A stretch of DNA of 64,000 nucleotides, taken from positions 1 through 64,000 of IMG/VR virus record IMGVR_UViG_3300027659_000020; one strand, 5' to 3'. The position numbers were made by a program, and so were the translations under genes. Every line of letters starts with the position of its first letter. The stretch's first letter is position 1. The notes under the pieces were generated by a model. It had not been told where the DNA came from. It saw nothing but the letters and a program-made list of their open reading frames with translations, and did not search any database. Below, piece after piece: positions 42,978-53,208 of the stretch. The DNA is from a virus.

Positions 42978-45618
42978 AGTATCCAAACGCAGGCATCATA
43001 AAGTTCTGCGTTCGATCCGGCATATTGGTATTATTAACAGTTGTCGAATTTACAGTTGAGCTATTGACGATTGGAGCAGAAGCAGCAGGCGCCACCACAT
43101 TACTCGTGGTGGCTGAAGTATTCAGCTCATTCGTTTGATTCTGATATGCTGCCATTTCAGCACCAGTATTGTTAGCAGTAGATAGATTTGCTTGCGGGCT
43201 AACAATTCGCATTTCTGGCGTTGGCAAATCTGTACGGCCGCGTTGAATACGCTCTTTCAATTGAGGCAGTGACTCGCCCTCGATCATTTGGATCGGCCCG
43301 TTTGTTGGCCCAATCTCTTTACTTATCCGAGCCATTGTAGTTGCTGTATCTTCACCTTCAAGCGCAAGGCCGCGAATGGTGGCTGCGCTGCTGAGAAGCT
43401 TCTCAGGCTTGCTATCACCATCTGTCTTAGCCGCATCAGTATTCGGTACGGCTGAATCTGCAATTTTAGCCGCATCAGTATTCGGTACGGCTGAATCTGC
43501 AATTTTAGCCACAGTAGTAGCACCGGATCCAGTCTTTGGTAATCCTAGGAGGTCAAGTACTTTATCGGTTATATTAAATCCAGCAAGTTTAGCAATAAAA
43601 TTAAATGGCGCGAGCAGTGAAGTAAGGACTCCCGCAAGCGCTTTTTTGACAAAGGTCAATAAGTCAATTTTTCCAGAGAATAGATCTTTAATTCCCCCAA
43701 CAATCTCGGTTATTGCTGCAAAATATTCGGTGAAATATCCAATCAGATTATCAAAAAGGCTCGACACCATTTCAGTAATAACATCTTTGATTGAGAAACT
43801 ATCCAGTGCTGCCGCAACGCCATCGAATCCAAATGCTTTTGCCAACCACGATATGCCGTCTTTCAATAGGTCTAGCAAGCCTCCAATTAGACCGTTGATA
43901 ACTCCAGAGACCATTCCTTTCAGCCCTCCTACAATCTTATCAAGCAGAGATCCTTCTGTTTTCGTAAATCCATCAATAAAGCCAGTGATTCCATCAAATA
44001 CTGACAACAGGATTGTAAGCGGCAATGCAATTTTTCCAATAACAGTTTTGAATAGGTTGAATACTTTTGGCAGGAATTTTAGCAGTGAAAACGTTTCTCC
44101 TAATTTTCCCATTGCTTGCAAGACCATTGGCAGAAATTTTAGCATCGGCGCAAAGATTACTTTTCCACCATCCACAATAGCGCTGATCGTTTTTGCAATT
44201 ATCTCTACAAACGAGAAACTGTCTAAGAATGTTTCAATTTTCTTGCCAGTTTCGCCAAAGAAACTAGCAAACCATGAAATCAAACTTTTAAGCAAATCGG
44301 CCGGTGCACCAATTAGACCTTGTAGTAACTTAATAATTCCGCCTTTCAGGCCACCGATCAGTTTTTGCACAATATTTCCAGAAGTTTTTGTGAAGCCATC
44401 GATTGCTCCAGTAATCGAATCCCATACTGACATGATGATAGTAAGCGGTGCCGCAAGTTTTGCAATAGTACGACCGATCGTCTTGCCAACATTGAAGGCG
44501 GTCTTCAGACCACTTATCCAGTTGCCAATTGCGGCGGGAAATGTTGCAAGTTTCTTGGCAAAAGTCTTGATCGCTGTTGCTACTGGATCAGTTTTCCCCA
44601 ATAGGTCTGGGAATGCTTTAAGGAAAGATCGGTAAAGCTTTTCTGGGCGTAGGTCGGTTAGTGTAGTCCAGAACGCCTTCATTTCGGTGAAGAATCCTCC
44701 GAACGCTGTCTTCAAGGGTTTTGCCCATTCTGCAGTAGAGGCTACAGCCTTAGAAAAGGCAGAGGATACTGATCCGAATAGACCTTTTACCGCTACACCA
44801 ATACTAGAAGATATCACTTTTGCTTCAGCCTTTATGATATTAAATGAGTCTAATATCGGATCTAGATATTTACCAAGCTTTGCTGCAAGCATCATTTTTC
44901 CAGCAAGCTGAATTGACTTAAACCACTTAATGATCGGGGCAAGCAATGGCCCCATCTTGAATTCCACTAATCGTCCGAGAGCTTTAAACTTAGACGATAC
45001 TGCTTCAAAGGCTCCAGCAATCTTTGTTGTTACTACACCTAATAGGTTCTTTAATGGACCTGCTACAATAGCTAGCGCAGATTTTATCATTTTGGTTAGC
45101 TCAATTATCAATCCGGTAACAAATCCAACTAGCATACCGCCAATCATTGCCACTGTCTTTCCAAAATCCATATTCCCTACATTTACTTTAATTTTTGTCT
45201 GCTTTTGTACCTCTGAGGTTGCTGTCTTCTTAGACTCCGCCGTATTCTCCATGCCTTGTAGTTTCTTAAGGCCGGCGCCGCGCCGTGACTCCAAAAATTC
45301 ATCTCTTAACCCCATCAGATTATTTCTGATATCCTGCAGAACCGCGTTTGAATCGCCTGCAGATTTTACTAGGTATTCTAGACTATCTGCCATATTCTGG
45401 GCACTTGCCAAAATCTGTGAGCAGCAATCTGATAGCTGTAGTTGTGAGCTTTCGCTGTTACCGGTCTCTTTTAGCTCATTCTGTGGCTCTTTTGCAGCTG
45501 TTAGAACTGAATCTAGCAAGGGAAGCAAAGACGAGGAATTCTTCTCAATTTTTTCTAAGGTCTCGTTTGCGACCATCAACTCGAGTAGAATATCCTGAAA
45601 TGTAGCGTCTTTGTCCAT
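42976..45618 (-). CDS. tape-measure-like / baseplate hub protein (gp29 position)
   Basis: 880 aa amphipathic helical, internal duplication (PLTI..DG(F)TKT), adjacent to gp51/gp26. Confidence 0.7.
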   Translation of the reverse strand: MDKDATFQDILLELMVANETLEKIEKNSSSLLPLLDSVLTAAKEPQNELKETGNSESSQLQLSDCCSQILASAQNMADSLEYLVKSAGDSNAVLQDIRNNLMGLRDEFLESRRGAGLKKLQGMENTAESKKTATSEVQKQTKIKVNVGNMDFGKTVAMIGGMLVGFVTGLIIELTKMIKSALAIVAGPLKNLLGVVTTKIAGAFEAVSSKFKALGRLVEFKMGPLLAPIIKWFKSIQLAGKMMLAAKLGKYLDPILDSFNIIKAEAKVISSSIGVAVKGLFGSVSSAFSKAVASTAEWAKPLKTAFGGFFTEMKAFWTTLTDLRPEKLYRSFLKAFPDLLGKTDPVATAIKTFAKKLATFPAAIGNWISGLKTAFNVGKTIGRTIAKLAAPLTIIMSVWDSITGAIDGFTKTSGNIVQKLIGGLKGGIIKLLQGLIGAPADLLKSLISWFASFFGETGKKIETFLDSFSFVEIIAKTISAIVDGGKVIFAPMLKFLPMVLQAMGKLGETFSLLKFLPKVFNLFKTVIGKIALPLTILLSVFDGITGFIDGFTKTEGSLLDKIVGGLKGMVSGVINGLIGGLLDLLKDGISWLAKAFGFDGVAAALDSFSIKDVITEMVSSLFDNLIGYFTEYFAAITEIVGGIKDLFSGKIDLLTFVKKALAGVLTSLLAPFNFIAKLAGFNITDKVLDLLGLPKTGSGATTVAKIADSAVPNTDAAKIADSAVPNTDAAKTDGDSKPEKLLSSAATIRGLALEGEDTATTMARISKEIGPTNGPIQMIEGESLPQLKERIQRGRTDLPTPEMRIVSPQANLSTANNTGAEMAAYQNQTNELNTSATTSNVVAPAASAPIVNSSTVNSTTVNNTNMPDRTQNFMMPAFGY
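43427..43510. repeat. 39-bp in-frame tandem duplication (AKIADSAVPNTDA x2)
   Basis: TTAGCCGCATCAGTATTCGGTACGGCTGAATCTGCAATT twice. Confidence 0.9.
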
Positions 45619-45630
45619 AGCTATATTGTG

Positions 45631-45825
45631 TTACTTTCGTGCTCGCGCTTTCGCCTTTTCGTTTTCTTCCTTGATATGCTGTACCAATAACGAAACATAG
45701 ATTTCCCTCTCCCAAGGCATCATCTCATTCAATTCAGACAAACTGTATTTATGATGCTGCATCATAGCAAAATTTGTCTGAAAGTGATTAGCCAGGTTGT
45801 CATGCGAGAGGGCTAGGCGAAAAAA
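45631..45825 (-). CDS. 51: gp51-like baseplate hub assembly protein; -1 frame relative to gp26 (first ATG at 45765)
   Basis: DNLANHFQTNFAMMQHHKYSLSELNEMMPWEREIY. Confidence 0.8.
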   Translation of the reverse strand, partial: FFRLALSHDNLANHFQTNFAMMQHHKYSLSELNEMMPWEREIYVSLLVQHIKEENEKAKARARK

Positions 45826-46529
45826 CTGGCCATCCCAGAGATCGTCAGCACATTGTGGTGCTTACAATCTTTATTCGTGCAATCAAATTCTATAGTATGC
45901 TCAAGCTTAGGCATCTTCTCGATATACTCCTGAATCTTAGCAAATTGAGATTGATTGAGCGAATCCAGGAATTGAACTAGTTCCTCGCGAGTCTGTTCAT
46001 CTGCTGGGTAAACCTTTTTGTCATCGAAGATATTGTCAATGCAGGATAGCACAATGTCAGTGATGTTATTCAGCTTGCTGTCTTTATTAGCTCCCTCAAG
46101 CTGGTCAATTAGCTTTACCTTAGGCCATGTCATCGTCACTCCGATTGTTTCCGTCAGCTTGATCTTGCTGTCCGGCAAGTCATCCGTCTTTACCGCAATC
46201 TCATCGAGATTGACATCAACTGTGGTGGCTTTCTCGCACTTTTCACATTTCAGACCGACCTTGCTGATCTCTCCGACTGATTTTGCTCGAAGCTTGAGAA
46301 AAAGATACTCCAGATCAAATGTGCATAGCTTGTCAGGCTCGATCTTATCGAAGGTACATGCTTTAACGACATCCTTGATAGCCTGCAATATCTGTGCTTG
46401 GTTCTCAGATTCCATGGCAATCATTAGAATCTTTTCCTCGCCGACGAGGTATGGTCGATACTGAAATGTCTTTCCAGTAGACGGAATTTTTACGCTGTAT
46501 TTTGGAGCTTCAATCCTTGGTAGTGCCAT
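45813..46529 (-). CDS. 26: baseplate hub assembly protein gp26
   Basis: MALP..P.Y, YRPYLVGEEKIL, FDLEYLFLKLRAKSVGE, C-terminal SFF. Confidence 0.9.
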   Translation of the reverse strand: MALPRIEAPKYSVKIPSTGKTFQYRPYLVGEEKILMIAMESENQAQILQAIKDVVKACTFDKIEPDKLCTFDLEYLFLKLRAKSVGEISKVGLKCEKCEKATTVDVNLDEIAVKTDDLPDSKIKLTETIGVTMTWPKVKLIDQLEGANKDSKLNNITDIVLSCIDNIFDDKKVYPADEQTREELVQFLDSLNQSQFAKIQEYIEKMPKLEHTIEFDCTNKDCKHHNVLTISGMASFFA

Positions 46530-46551
46530 AATGCAATAATAATTTAATGGT

Positions 46552-47085
46552 TTATGCTATAACTTCAAAATTCTCATATGTCATCACAACTAACAACTTC
46601 TGAATACTATTTTCTGCGGTATTATCTAGATTTATCCCACCAATAGTAACGGGAAATGCATTCCTTAGAACAACGCCATAGACAGTATTATCGTCCTTTT
46701 CACCTTTTGATGTCTGAAATACTCGCACATCAGCGACGTGTTTGTCTAGATACTTTGCTCTATATGTCTTAAAGTCAATAATTGCTTCAGCCCATGCATC
46801 GAAGACTTTCTTGATATAGTAATCATTCGTTAGTAAGAAAGTGAATGTCACATCCTCATTCAAAAATCCATATGGCACCTTGATTGATTGCTTCTGTGCC
46901 TGATAATCCAAAGTGGCGATTTGACGCCCGGGCAAGCTAGTAGCATCACAAAGAAGGTTCAGAACGCGCATATCACTATTATACGGTATGGAGTCTGGTA
47001 TACTCATCTCAATCCGATACCGATTTGCCATGGCAAGACCTTCTCTGTTTTTCAGCTGTCCTACGAAATCAGTGATAGATGGCAT
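46552..47085 (-). CDS. tail-tube-initiator gp54-like protein
   Basis: LLCDATSLPGRQI, NAFPVTIG; tube-protein-like motifs. Confidence 0.7.
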   Translation of the reverse strand: MPSITDFVGQLKNREGLAMANRYRIEMSIPDSIPYNSDMRVLNLLCDATSLPGRQIATLDYQAQKQSIKVPYGFLNEDVTFTFLLTNDYYIKKVFDAWAEAIIDFKTYRAKYLDKHVADVRVFQTSKGEKDDNTVYGVVLRNAFPVTIGGINLDNTAENSIQKLLVVMTYENFEVIA

Positions 47086-47092
47086 AGTTGTA

Positions 47093-47695
47093 TTAGCGCT
47101 GCTTGAGATATTGTTTCCTAGACTCAGCCCAGACTTTCGTCTTTGATGCTCCGCTAAAGTGTTCAGTGGGCAAGAAGATAGCAATGTCCCATTCTGCGGC
47201 AGGAACTAGCGATGCTCGAGTCTTCATGTGATCAAAAAGATAATGCTTAAAACATGGGGCAAACTCTCGATATTTTTTAACGCCTTTAAGAATCTGATAT
47301 CTTAAGCGGATACGACTGCGCTCAGTAAGAATATCGTCCGTGACCATTGTATTGACTAACCTATCTAGAAAAAGCGCACGAATGTTGGGCGCCAGATAAT
47401 GCAAATTAAGCCCATAGAATCCGCCAGGAGCTTTGTCGACCATTATGATAAGCGGAAACTTATCATAATACGGCATATCTTCCTTTGTTTTGGGATCATA
47501 TGCAAACATATACATATATCCCCACATAGGTGTCTTCTTTATTTTTAGAGCTTCGTCCCTTAGCAAAACATTTCGGTTGATTCTGCCGGTCAAGCTCTTG
47601 ACGCGATCTGTAAACCAGAGCCGTGAGCGCCTAGAACGTTCCTCTAGGCCATATTTGGCCAGTTCGTCGTGCAGCTTTTGAAAAAGTGAAGCCAT
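47093..47695 (-). CDS. 2: DNA end protector gp2
   Basis: YDPKTK..PYYDKFPL, GLNLHYL, CFKHYL; late promoter 47703-47710 (-). Confidence 0.9.
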   Translation of the reverse strand: MASLFQKLHDELAKYGLEERSRRSRLWFTDRVKSLTGRINRNVLLRDEALKIKKTPMWGYMYMFAYDPKTKEDMPYYDKFPLIIMVDKAPGGFYGLNLHYLAPNIRALFLDRLVNTMVTDDILTERSRIRLRYQILKGVKKYREFAPCFKHYLFDHMKTRASLVPAAEWDIAIFLPTEHFSGASKTKVWAESRKQYLKQR

Positions 47696-47719
47696 AAACA
47701 TCTATTTATAGGCAATTTC

Positions 47720-48166
47720 TTACCCTGTCAGTATCTTAATACCCATAGCTTTGAGTGTGTCCTCATGCCAGATCTGAAAGGACCAGCCTCGATCTGCAGC
47801 ATACTCTTCTGCCGCTTCCCACTTACTGATGTTCTTAACATACGTCATAACTTCCGTGATAAAGCGCTTAGTCTTGCGCCCAGGATTGACTGGCGGAATC
47901 GTCTCTTTCTTAGGTTTGATCTCGATAATGAATGTCTTGCCATCAGCAAGAGTCATCTTAACATCCACGAAATAGCGATGCATTTTGCCATCTGTCTTGC
48001 AGCGATACGGGACTACAACTTCCTCGGATGACCATGAGTGCACATTGGATTGCTCGTCCAGCCAGCGAAATACCTGCCTTTCCCAGAGTGATCGATAGAC
48101 TATATTCGTGACATCGCCACGATATTTAGATGGATTGCGCGGCGAGAATTTACCTTGGTAAGTCAT
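47720..48166 (-). CDS. 4: head completion protein gp4
   Basis: PRNPSKYRGD..IVYRSLWE, WSSEE, HRYFVD, EIKP, KWEAA. Confidence 0.92.
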   Translation of the reverse strand: MTYQGKFSPRNPSKYRGDVTNIVYRSLWERQVFRWLDEQSNVHSWSSEEVVVPYRCKTDGKMHRYFVDVKMTLADGKTFIIEIKPKKETIPPVNPGRKTKRFITEVMTYVKNISKWEAAEEYAADRGWSFQIWHEDTLKAMGIKILTG

Positions 48167-48197
48167 ATAAATAGGTACTTATCTAAGCTCCACGATT

Positions 48198-48968
48198 ATG
48201 CTCGTCTTCCCCAAAGATTTCAGACAGTCAGTAGCAGGCAAGCAATATCCTGCTATTTGCTTTGCGTATTGTTCAAAAGACCGAGTTCCGGGGGAAAAGA
48301 TCTTTCTGCCGATGCCGCCCGGTTTAGAAATCAGCGATTCAATGCAATACAGCCCGATTGAGTTGGGACAGATCGGTGGAATAGTCGATGAAGCAGTTAA
48401 GGGTGGCACAGAAGCTGGCCTGGGCAAAGCAATTACTGCAGGATCTGCAAAGTCATTGGAAAAGATCAAAACCATGAATGCCGCTGCAGCACTTTCAATT
48501 GCTGCTAAAGCATTGCCCACCATAGATTCATCCTCATCTATATCTGGTATAGTTGACTTTGGTGCTAAGCAATTACTCGCGCCAAATTCAAATACCAATT
48601 TTCAAAACTCGAATATTCGATCTTTTTCATTCAGGTTTAAGCTAGTTTCTCGCTCTGAGGATGAATCTGAGACAATTACCTCTATCGTCGAAGCATTCCG
48701 CGAAAATATGTATCCCGGAGGTAATGAAACTATCATGGAATATCCCGGTACATGGTATATCAGTTTTCTGGATAACGGCGGCCGCAATATATGGATTCCC
48801 GCAATCTATGAGTCATACTTGACTTCTTTTAGCTCAACATATAATTCATCCTCTAATATGTTCCATGAGGACGGAAGCCCAGTTGAGGTTGATGTCTCGA
48901 TGGCATTCCAGGAAGTTAAAGCGCTGAACAGATCGCAGATCGAGAAACTAAATCAAGGTATAATCTAA
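48198..48968 (+). CDS. 48: baseplate tail-tube cap gp48-like
   Basis: IFLPMP, RSFSFRFKL, FQEV; TATAAATA at 48166-48173. Confidence 0.7.
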   Translation: MLVFPKDFRQSVAGKQYPAICFAYCSKDRVPGEKIFLPMPPGLEISDSMQYSPIELGQIGGIVDEAVKGGTEAGLGKAITAGSAKSLEKIKTMNAAAALSIAAKALPTIDSSSSISGIVDFGAKQLLAPNSNTNFQNSNIRSFSFRFKLVSRSEDESETITSIVEAFRENMYPGGNETIMEYPGTWYISFLDNGGRNIWIPAIYESYLTSFSSTYNSSSNMFHEDGSPVEVDVSMAFQEVKALNRSQIEKLNQGII

Positions 48969-48980
48969 TAATCTCTCACA

Positions 48981-49796
48981 ATGTCATTCTTCCGACAATT
49001 TCCTAAGACTGTTTATGACTTTCAGAGTGATGGTATTGACACACAAGTTGTAGATCTTTTTCGATCTGTAAAAGTTCAGAATTTATACTCTGATGATTTA
49101 TCGATATATACCTATTACAATATCAATAATGGCGAGAGGCCAGATATTCTGTCTAATACGCTATATGGAACACCTGAGTATTACTGGACATTCTTTGTGG
49201 TAAATGACAAACTTAAGTCTGGGCTGTCGGAATGGCCAATGAGCGCTGGCGAGTTTGATGCCTATATGGATCAGGAATATGCTGGCACTGTTATTCAGAC
49301 ATATCCTCAACTTGGTCTGGCGGCAAACGGAGTCTCTATTTTATACACAAATTCGCTAGCCGGGCCGGATATGTTTCACCCAGGAGATCGCGTGCAAGGA
49401 GTACGATCTGGTGCAAATGGATTTGTAGTATCCACTGATGTTCAGCTCAGCCAGTTGCTTTTAAGAGATGTAACAGATGGATCTGGTGGCGCGTTTTTCA
49501 AAGAGAATGGAACGGAAAATCTTGTATACTATACTGGTACTAACGATAGATCGGTAACAATTGCTAAAGTTTTTAGCCATAGAGATGCACCACACCACTA
49601 TGAAGATGCAGATGGGCTTATTACATATACTAGTTTATCGATAAATGAGGGAGTATCACCGTCACGGGTATTAACTACTGTTTCAAATTACGAGTACGAG
49701 ATGCAGCTCAATGATGAGCGAGCAAATCTTCGAATAGTTCGTCCTGAAGCAATTTACAATTTTGCAAAGACATTTCGAGAACTGATCAATGCCTAA
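48981..49796 (+). CDS. 53: baseplate wedge gp53
   Basis: FFRQFP, GERPD..LYGTPEYYW, HHYE, NYEYE..LN. Confidence 0.85.
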   Translation: MSFFRQFPKTVYDFQSDGIDTQVVDLFRSVKVQNLYSDDLSIYTYYNINNGERPDILSNTLYGTPEYYWTFFVVNDKLKSGLSEWPMSAGEFDAYMDQEYAGTVIQTYPQLGLAANGVSILYTNSLAGPDMFHPGDRVQGVRSGANGFVVSTDVQLSQLLLRDVTDGSGGAFFKENGTENLVYYTGTNDRSVTIAKVFSHRDAPHHYEDADGLITYTSLSINEGVSPSRVLTTVSNYEYEMQLNDERANLRIVRPEAIYNFAKTFRELINA

Positions 49797-51144
49797 GAAT
49801 ATCAATGTCAGTTTGCGCGGAGATACAGTTCCGTATCCCACAGCATACAGAGTACATGAAATGGTTCTTACCAACCATGCTGGGCGTAAATATGATATTT
49901 ATCCGCTAGTCACAGATTTCACGATCACCGAGAGCATATACACTCCTTCGCTGCTTCTAAGTGTCAGCATCAAGGATCCAATCAATATGCTGGAAGAACT
50001 AGAGCTATCTGGCCAGGAAAAGATAACTGTCAGTATTTGGAAAAAGCGGAGTACTGGTGAAGAAGAACATATTCAGCATGAGTTTCTGATATCCGAGTAC
50101 CCAGTATACGGAAAGTTCAAGAATTATTTGCAGGTCTATACTGTCAAAGGTATCTCGCCTCATGTCTTTTACAATAAGTTTAAGATTATATCTCGAGCAT
50201 GGAGCGGAACAATTCAGGACTTTGTCTTTAGTGTTCTGACCAAAGATCTTGGATATAATCCTGACTTTATTGAAAAGTCAGAAAAGCAAACCGCTAACAT
50301 CTCTTTCATTGTTCCTGCTCTCAATCCAATCGATGCAATTGCATGGGCGCTACGCCGAGCATATGACGAGACTGGAAGCCCATGGTATTGCTACGAATCA
50401 TTGCAAGAAGGAGGATCAGTTCCGGGCGGTACAATCTGGATACTGCCGCAGTCTGACCTATCTTCTTACTATGACTCGTACTCAGAGTATGAGCAAGCAG
50501 TAGCATTTACATATGCGCCAAATACTCCAGAAGACTATGAACAGCGCCGTAAGCGTATTCTTTCAATTTCGAGCAGATTCAATATGTCAAAGTATATCTC
50601 CGGAGGAAATGGCGCATACGGAGCAACTACCGAATATGTGGATATTGCTACAAAAAGCCGAGTAATCAAGAAGTTTAATTACTTACAGGAATTTTCTCAA
50701 ATGCGCTGGAGTAATAAAGGCGTCAATCTAGCCAGCGACTTTAAGCTAGATGATCAGACATTAGCATCTTTGCCTGATGCTAAGATCAATTATATTCCAA
50801 TCAATAGTAAAGCATTTTCTAGTGGTAGTGGCAACTATCACTCACCTACACAGAATGGCATGCTAAATCGCGCTAATTCCTATGTGGAGAATCTTGAGAA
50901 TATCATTCATGATCTGACATTGGCGGGTGACTTTTATATGAACGCAGGCAATAAACTTGAGCTAAAACTGCCGAAAGCAATTGATCCTAGCGCAAATGTA
51001 AAGCGAAGTAAACATTCTGATGGCGATTATGATCTATTGCTATCTGGGCAGTATATTGCTACCACCGTAGTACACAATTTTAGCGAAGAACATACCTGCG
51101 AGGTGCGTGTAAAGAGAGACTCAATGTCAGAGAAGTTTACCTAA
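49789..51144 (+). CDS. baseplate hub protein (gp27-like position)
   Basis: ITESIY, LSGQEKI, LSGQY..HNF; synteny between 53 and 5. Confidence 0.6.
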   Translation: MPKNINVSLRGDTVPYPTAYRVHEMVLTNHAGRKYDIYPLVTDFTITESIYTPSLLLSVSIKDPINMLEELELSGQEKITVSIWKKRSTGEEEHIQHEFLISEYPVYGKFKNYLQVYTVKGISPHVFYNKFKIISRAWSGTIQDFVFSVLTKDLGYNPDFIEKSEKQTANISFIVPALNPIDAIAWALRRAYDETGSPWYCYESLQEGGSVPGGTIWILPQSDLSSYYDSYSEYEQAVAFTYAPNTPEDYEQRRKRILSISSRFNMSKYISGGNGAYGATTEYVDIATKSRVIKKFNYLQEFSQMRWSNKGVNLASDFKLDDQTLASLPDAKINYIPINSKAFSSGSGNYHSPTQNGMLNRANSYVENLENIIHDLTLAGDFYMNAGNKLELKLPKAIDPSANVKRSKHSDGDYDLLLSGQYIATTVVHNFSEEHTCEVRVKRDSMSEKFT

Positions 51145-52253
51145 TGAATACAGTAGATGATTTAATCAGTCAGAACTTCGCATGGTTTACCGGTGTAGTA
51201 GAGGACGTAAAAGATCCCATGCAAATGGGACGAGTACGCGTCCGGTGTATCGGTTATCATACTGAGGACAGGAACGAGATTCCCACAGATTCGTTGCCAT
51301 GGTCTATTGTCATGACTTCGATTCAGTCAGCATCTATGTCTGGTATCGGCCAGTCAGCTACTGGTATTCTGCCTGGATCATGGGTGATTGGATTCTTTCG
51401 CGATGGTCGTTCTGCACAAGATCCAATTGTGCTAGGCACTATTCCATCATACTCGTCACCGGCAGATAAGAGTAAGGGATTCAGCGATCCATCTGGTAAG
51501 TATCCCGCCAGAGAAGGAATCGATACTCCCAGAGAGGCAACAGCAAATTATGGAAGTGCAGAATCGCTAATCAAGAGAGAATCACTAACAGAAAATGGTA
51601 TCAAACTTGCATCTGTTCCAGCAATGAGCGCTGGATCTGCAACTGCATCGCCCGAGCAGGCCTGGGATATGAAGAGCCGCTATGATATAGTAGCTCCGCA
51701 ATATCCCAAGAATCAAGTATTCAGATCAGAATCTGGCCATGTGCGTGAGGTCGATGACACTCCCGGATCTGAGCGTACTCTGGATATGCACAGAACTGGC
51801 ACTTATGTTGAGGTCGATGCAGCGGGCGATAAAACAACTGTAGTGACAGGCGATAACTACGAGGTGCTTATCAAGGACAATAACGTCTATATTAAGGGTG
51901 AATGTAACCTAACTGTGGAAGGTAACCTACGCACCTATGTGAAGGGCAATTACATTCTGGAGGTCGATGGCGATAAGTTTGAGAAAATCAAGGGTAGCCG
52001 ATTCTCCAGTGTTGCTAAATTTGATCAGATGGACAGCAAGCAATCAGTGACTGCAGTTGATAGCACTATCACCCTTGCTCTAAAATCAAAAATATCTGAT
52101 TTAGAAGGTTTATCTGGCATTTCATTCGTTCATCCTCAGATTGATGCTTTTGGGAACTTTGCGTGCGATATTGCTCCGAATTCTAATTTTACTACAACTG
52201 ATGGAAAGAACATTACTGTGGTCAAAGGCATTGTTACTAATATCTCACCTTAA
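51144..52253 (+). CDS. 5: baseplate spike gp5 (OB fold plus beta-helix, no lysozyme domain)
   Basis: WFTGVVED..DP..GRVRVR, GFFRDG, YPKN..SESGH..EVDDTPG.ER. Confidence 0.88.
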   Translation: MNTVDDLISQNFAWFTGVVEDVKDPMQMGRVRVRCIGYHTEDRNEIPTDSLPWSIVMTSIQSASMSGIGQSATGILPGSWVIGFFRDGRSAQDPIVLGTIPSYSSPADKSKGFSDPSGKYPAREGIDTPREATANYGSAESLIKRESLTENGIKLASVPAMSAGSATASPEQAWDMKSRYDIVAPQYPKNQVFRSESGHVREVDDTPGSERTLDMHRTGTYVEVDAAGDKTTVVTGDNYEVLIKDNNVYIKGECNLTVEGNLRTYVKGNYILEVDGDKFEKIKGSRFSSVAKFDQMDSKQSVTAVDSTITLALKSKISDLEGLSGISFVHPQIDAFGNFACDIAPNSNFTTTDGKNITVVKGIVTNISP

Positions 52254-52271
52254 CCATCGACCAACTAAATT

Positions 52272-53180
52272 ATGGCTGATATAAACACTCAATGGCTTAA
52301 AAACCTTAAAGAGCAGATCGAAGCAATTCCAGATTGCAAATCTCTAAATAAGCTGATTGCCTGGCTAAAAGAGATGTTTATGGAACTCATCGAGGATATT
52401 CTTGAGCAGATTGCCAAGCTCGTGGGCATGGTTCTTCCACCCACAAGCCTGGCAAAGATCATCAAGTACCTCAAGAATTTGGCTACACAGTACCTTGGGC
52501 CGTATCTGGCTGCTATTCGTCAAATGGTTATAATGATTAAAGCATTTGCAGAGGTGCTTAAAGCTATTCAGGATAAACTTGCTAATCTGCGTTGCTCAAT
52601 TTCTGCGTCTTCCATTATCAATCAGCTAAAGATTGATATGCAAAGTAAAGCATATCAGAAGCTATATTCCGGAAACTCGTCGTTATCGCAGCTGCTAGAC
52701 ATTGCAACTAAGCTTAAAAATGGAGTGCCTCCTCTCTCAGTGATTGCATCTGGATTGGGCGTGAATATAGATGGTCTGCCAGCCTTAGCAAATCAATACG
52801 GCGGTACACTTCCGTTTATGTCAAAGATGCTTGACAAATATCAGCCAGCAGTTGTTCCGGATGTACCCGCTATACCCACATTTGTATCACCCACGGATAT
52901 TATATTGGAAAATCCTGCACCGACTATTGATGAAGATGGTATTGCCCCCAGTTTTGGGAGATATCAGACGCCAATCATTATCACTGGCTCTGGATTTCTC
53001 GAAGGTGTTACAGTTACGATGGGCGATGTCGAGTGTGGCAATATTGAGATCATTAACGGCCGTATTCAATGTACTGTACCGGGACTGGTCACAGGCTTTC
53101 CATACGCAATCACTGTTACTAATACCGATGGCCAAAGCGCTACGCTAGATCAGGCCTTCGCATACACCGGCCGTAGCTAA
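52272..53180 (+). CDS. hypothetical virion protein with C-terminal IPT/TIG Ig-like domain
   Basis: IIITGSGF..VTMG..IQCTVP..ITVTNTDGQSA..AFAY. Confidence 0.65.
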   Translation: MADINTQWLKNLKEQIEAIPDCKSLNKLIAWLKEMFMELIEDILEQIAKLVGMVLPPTSLAKIIKYLKNLATQYLGPYLAAIRQMVIMIKAFAEVLKAIQDKLANLRCSISASSIINQLKIDMQSKAYQKLYSGNSSLSQLLDIATKLKNGVPPLSVIASGLGVNIDGLPALANQYGGTLPFMSKMLDKYQPAVVPDVPAIPTFVSPTDIILENPAPTIDEDGIAPSFGRYQTPIIITGSGFLEGVTVTMGDVECGNIEIINGRIQCTVPGLVTGFPYAITVTNTDGQSATLDQAFAYTGRS

Positions 53181-53208
53181 AACAATATAAATAGTCATTA
53201 CCTAACAG

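Noticed and set aside
43376-45605. Long + strand ORFs (43376..44635, 44930..45598)
   Set aside because: Antisense shadows of the tape-measure-like gene
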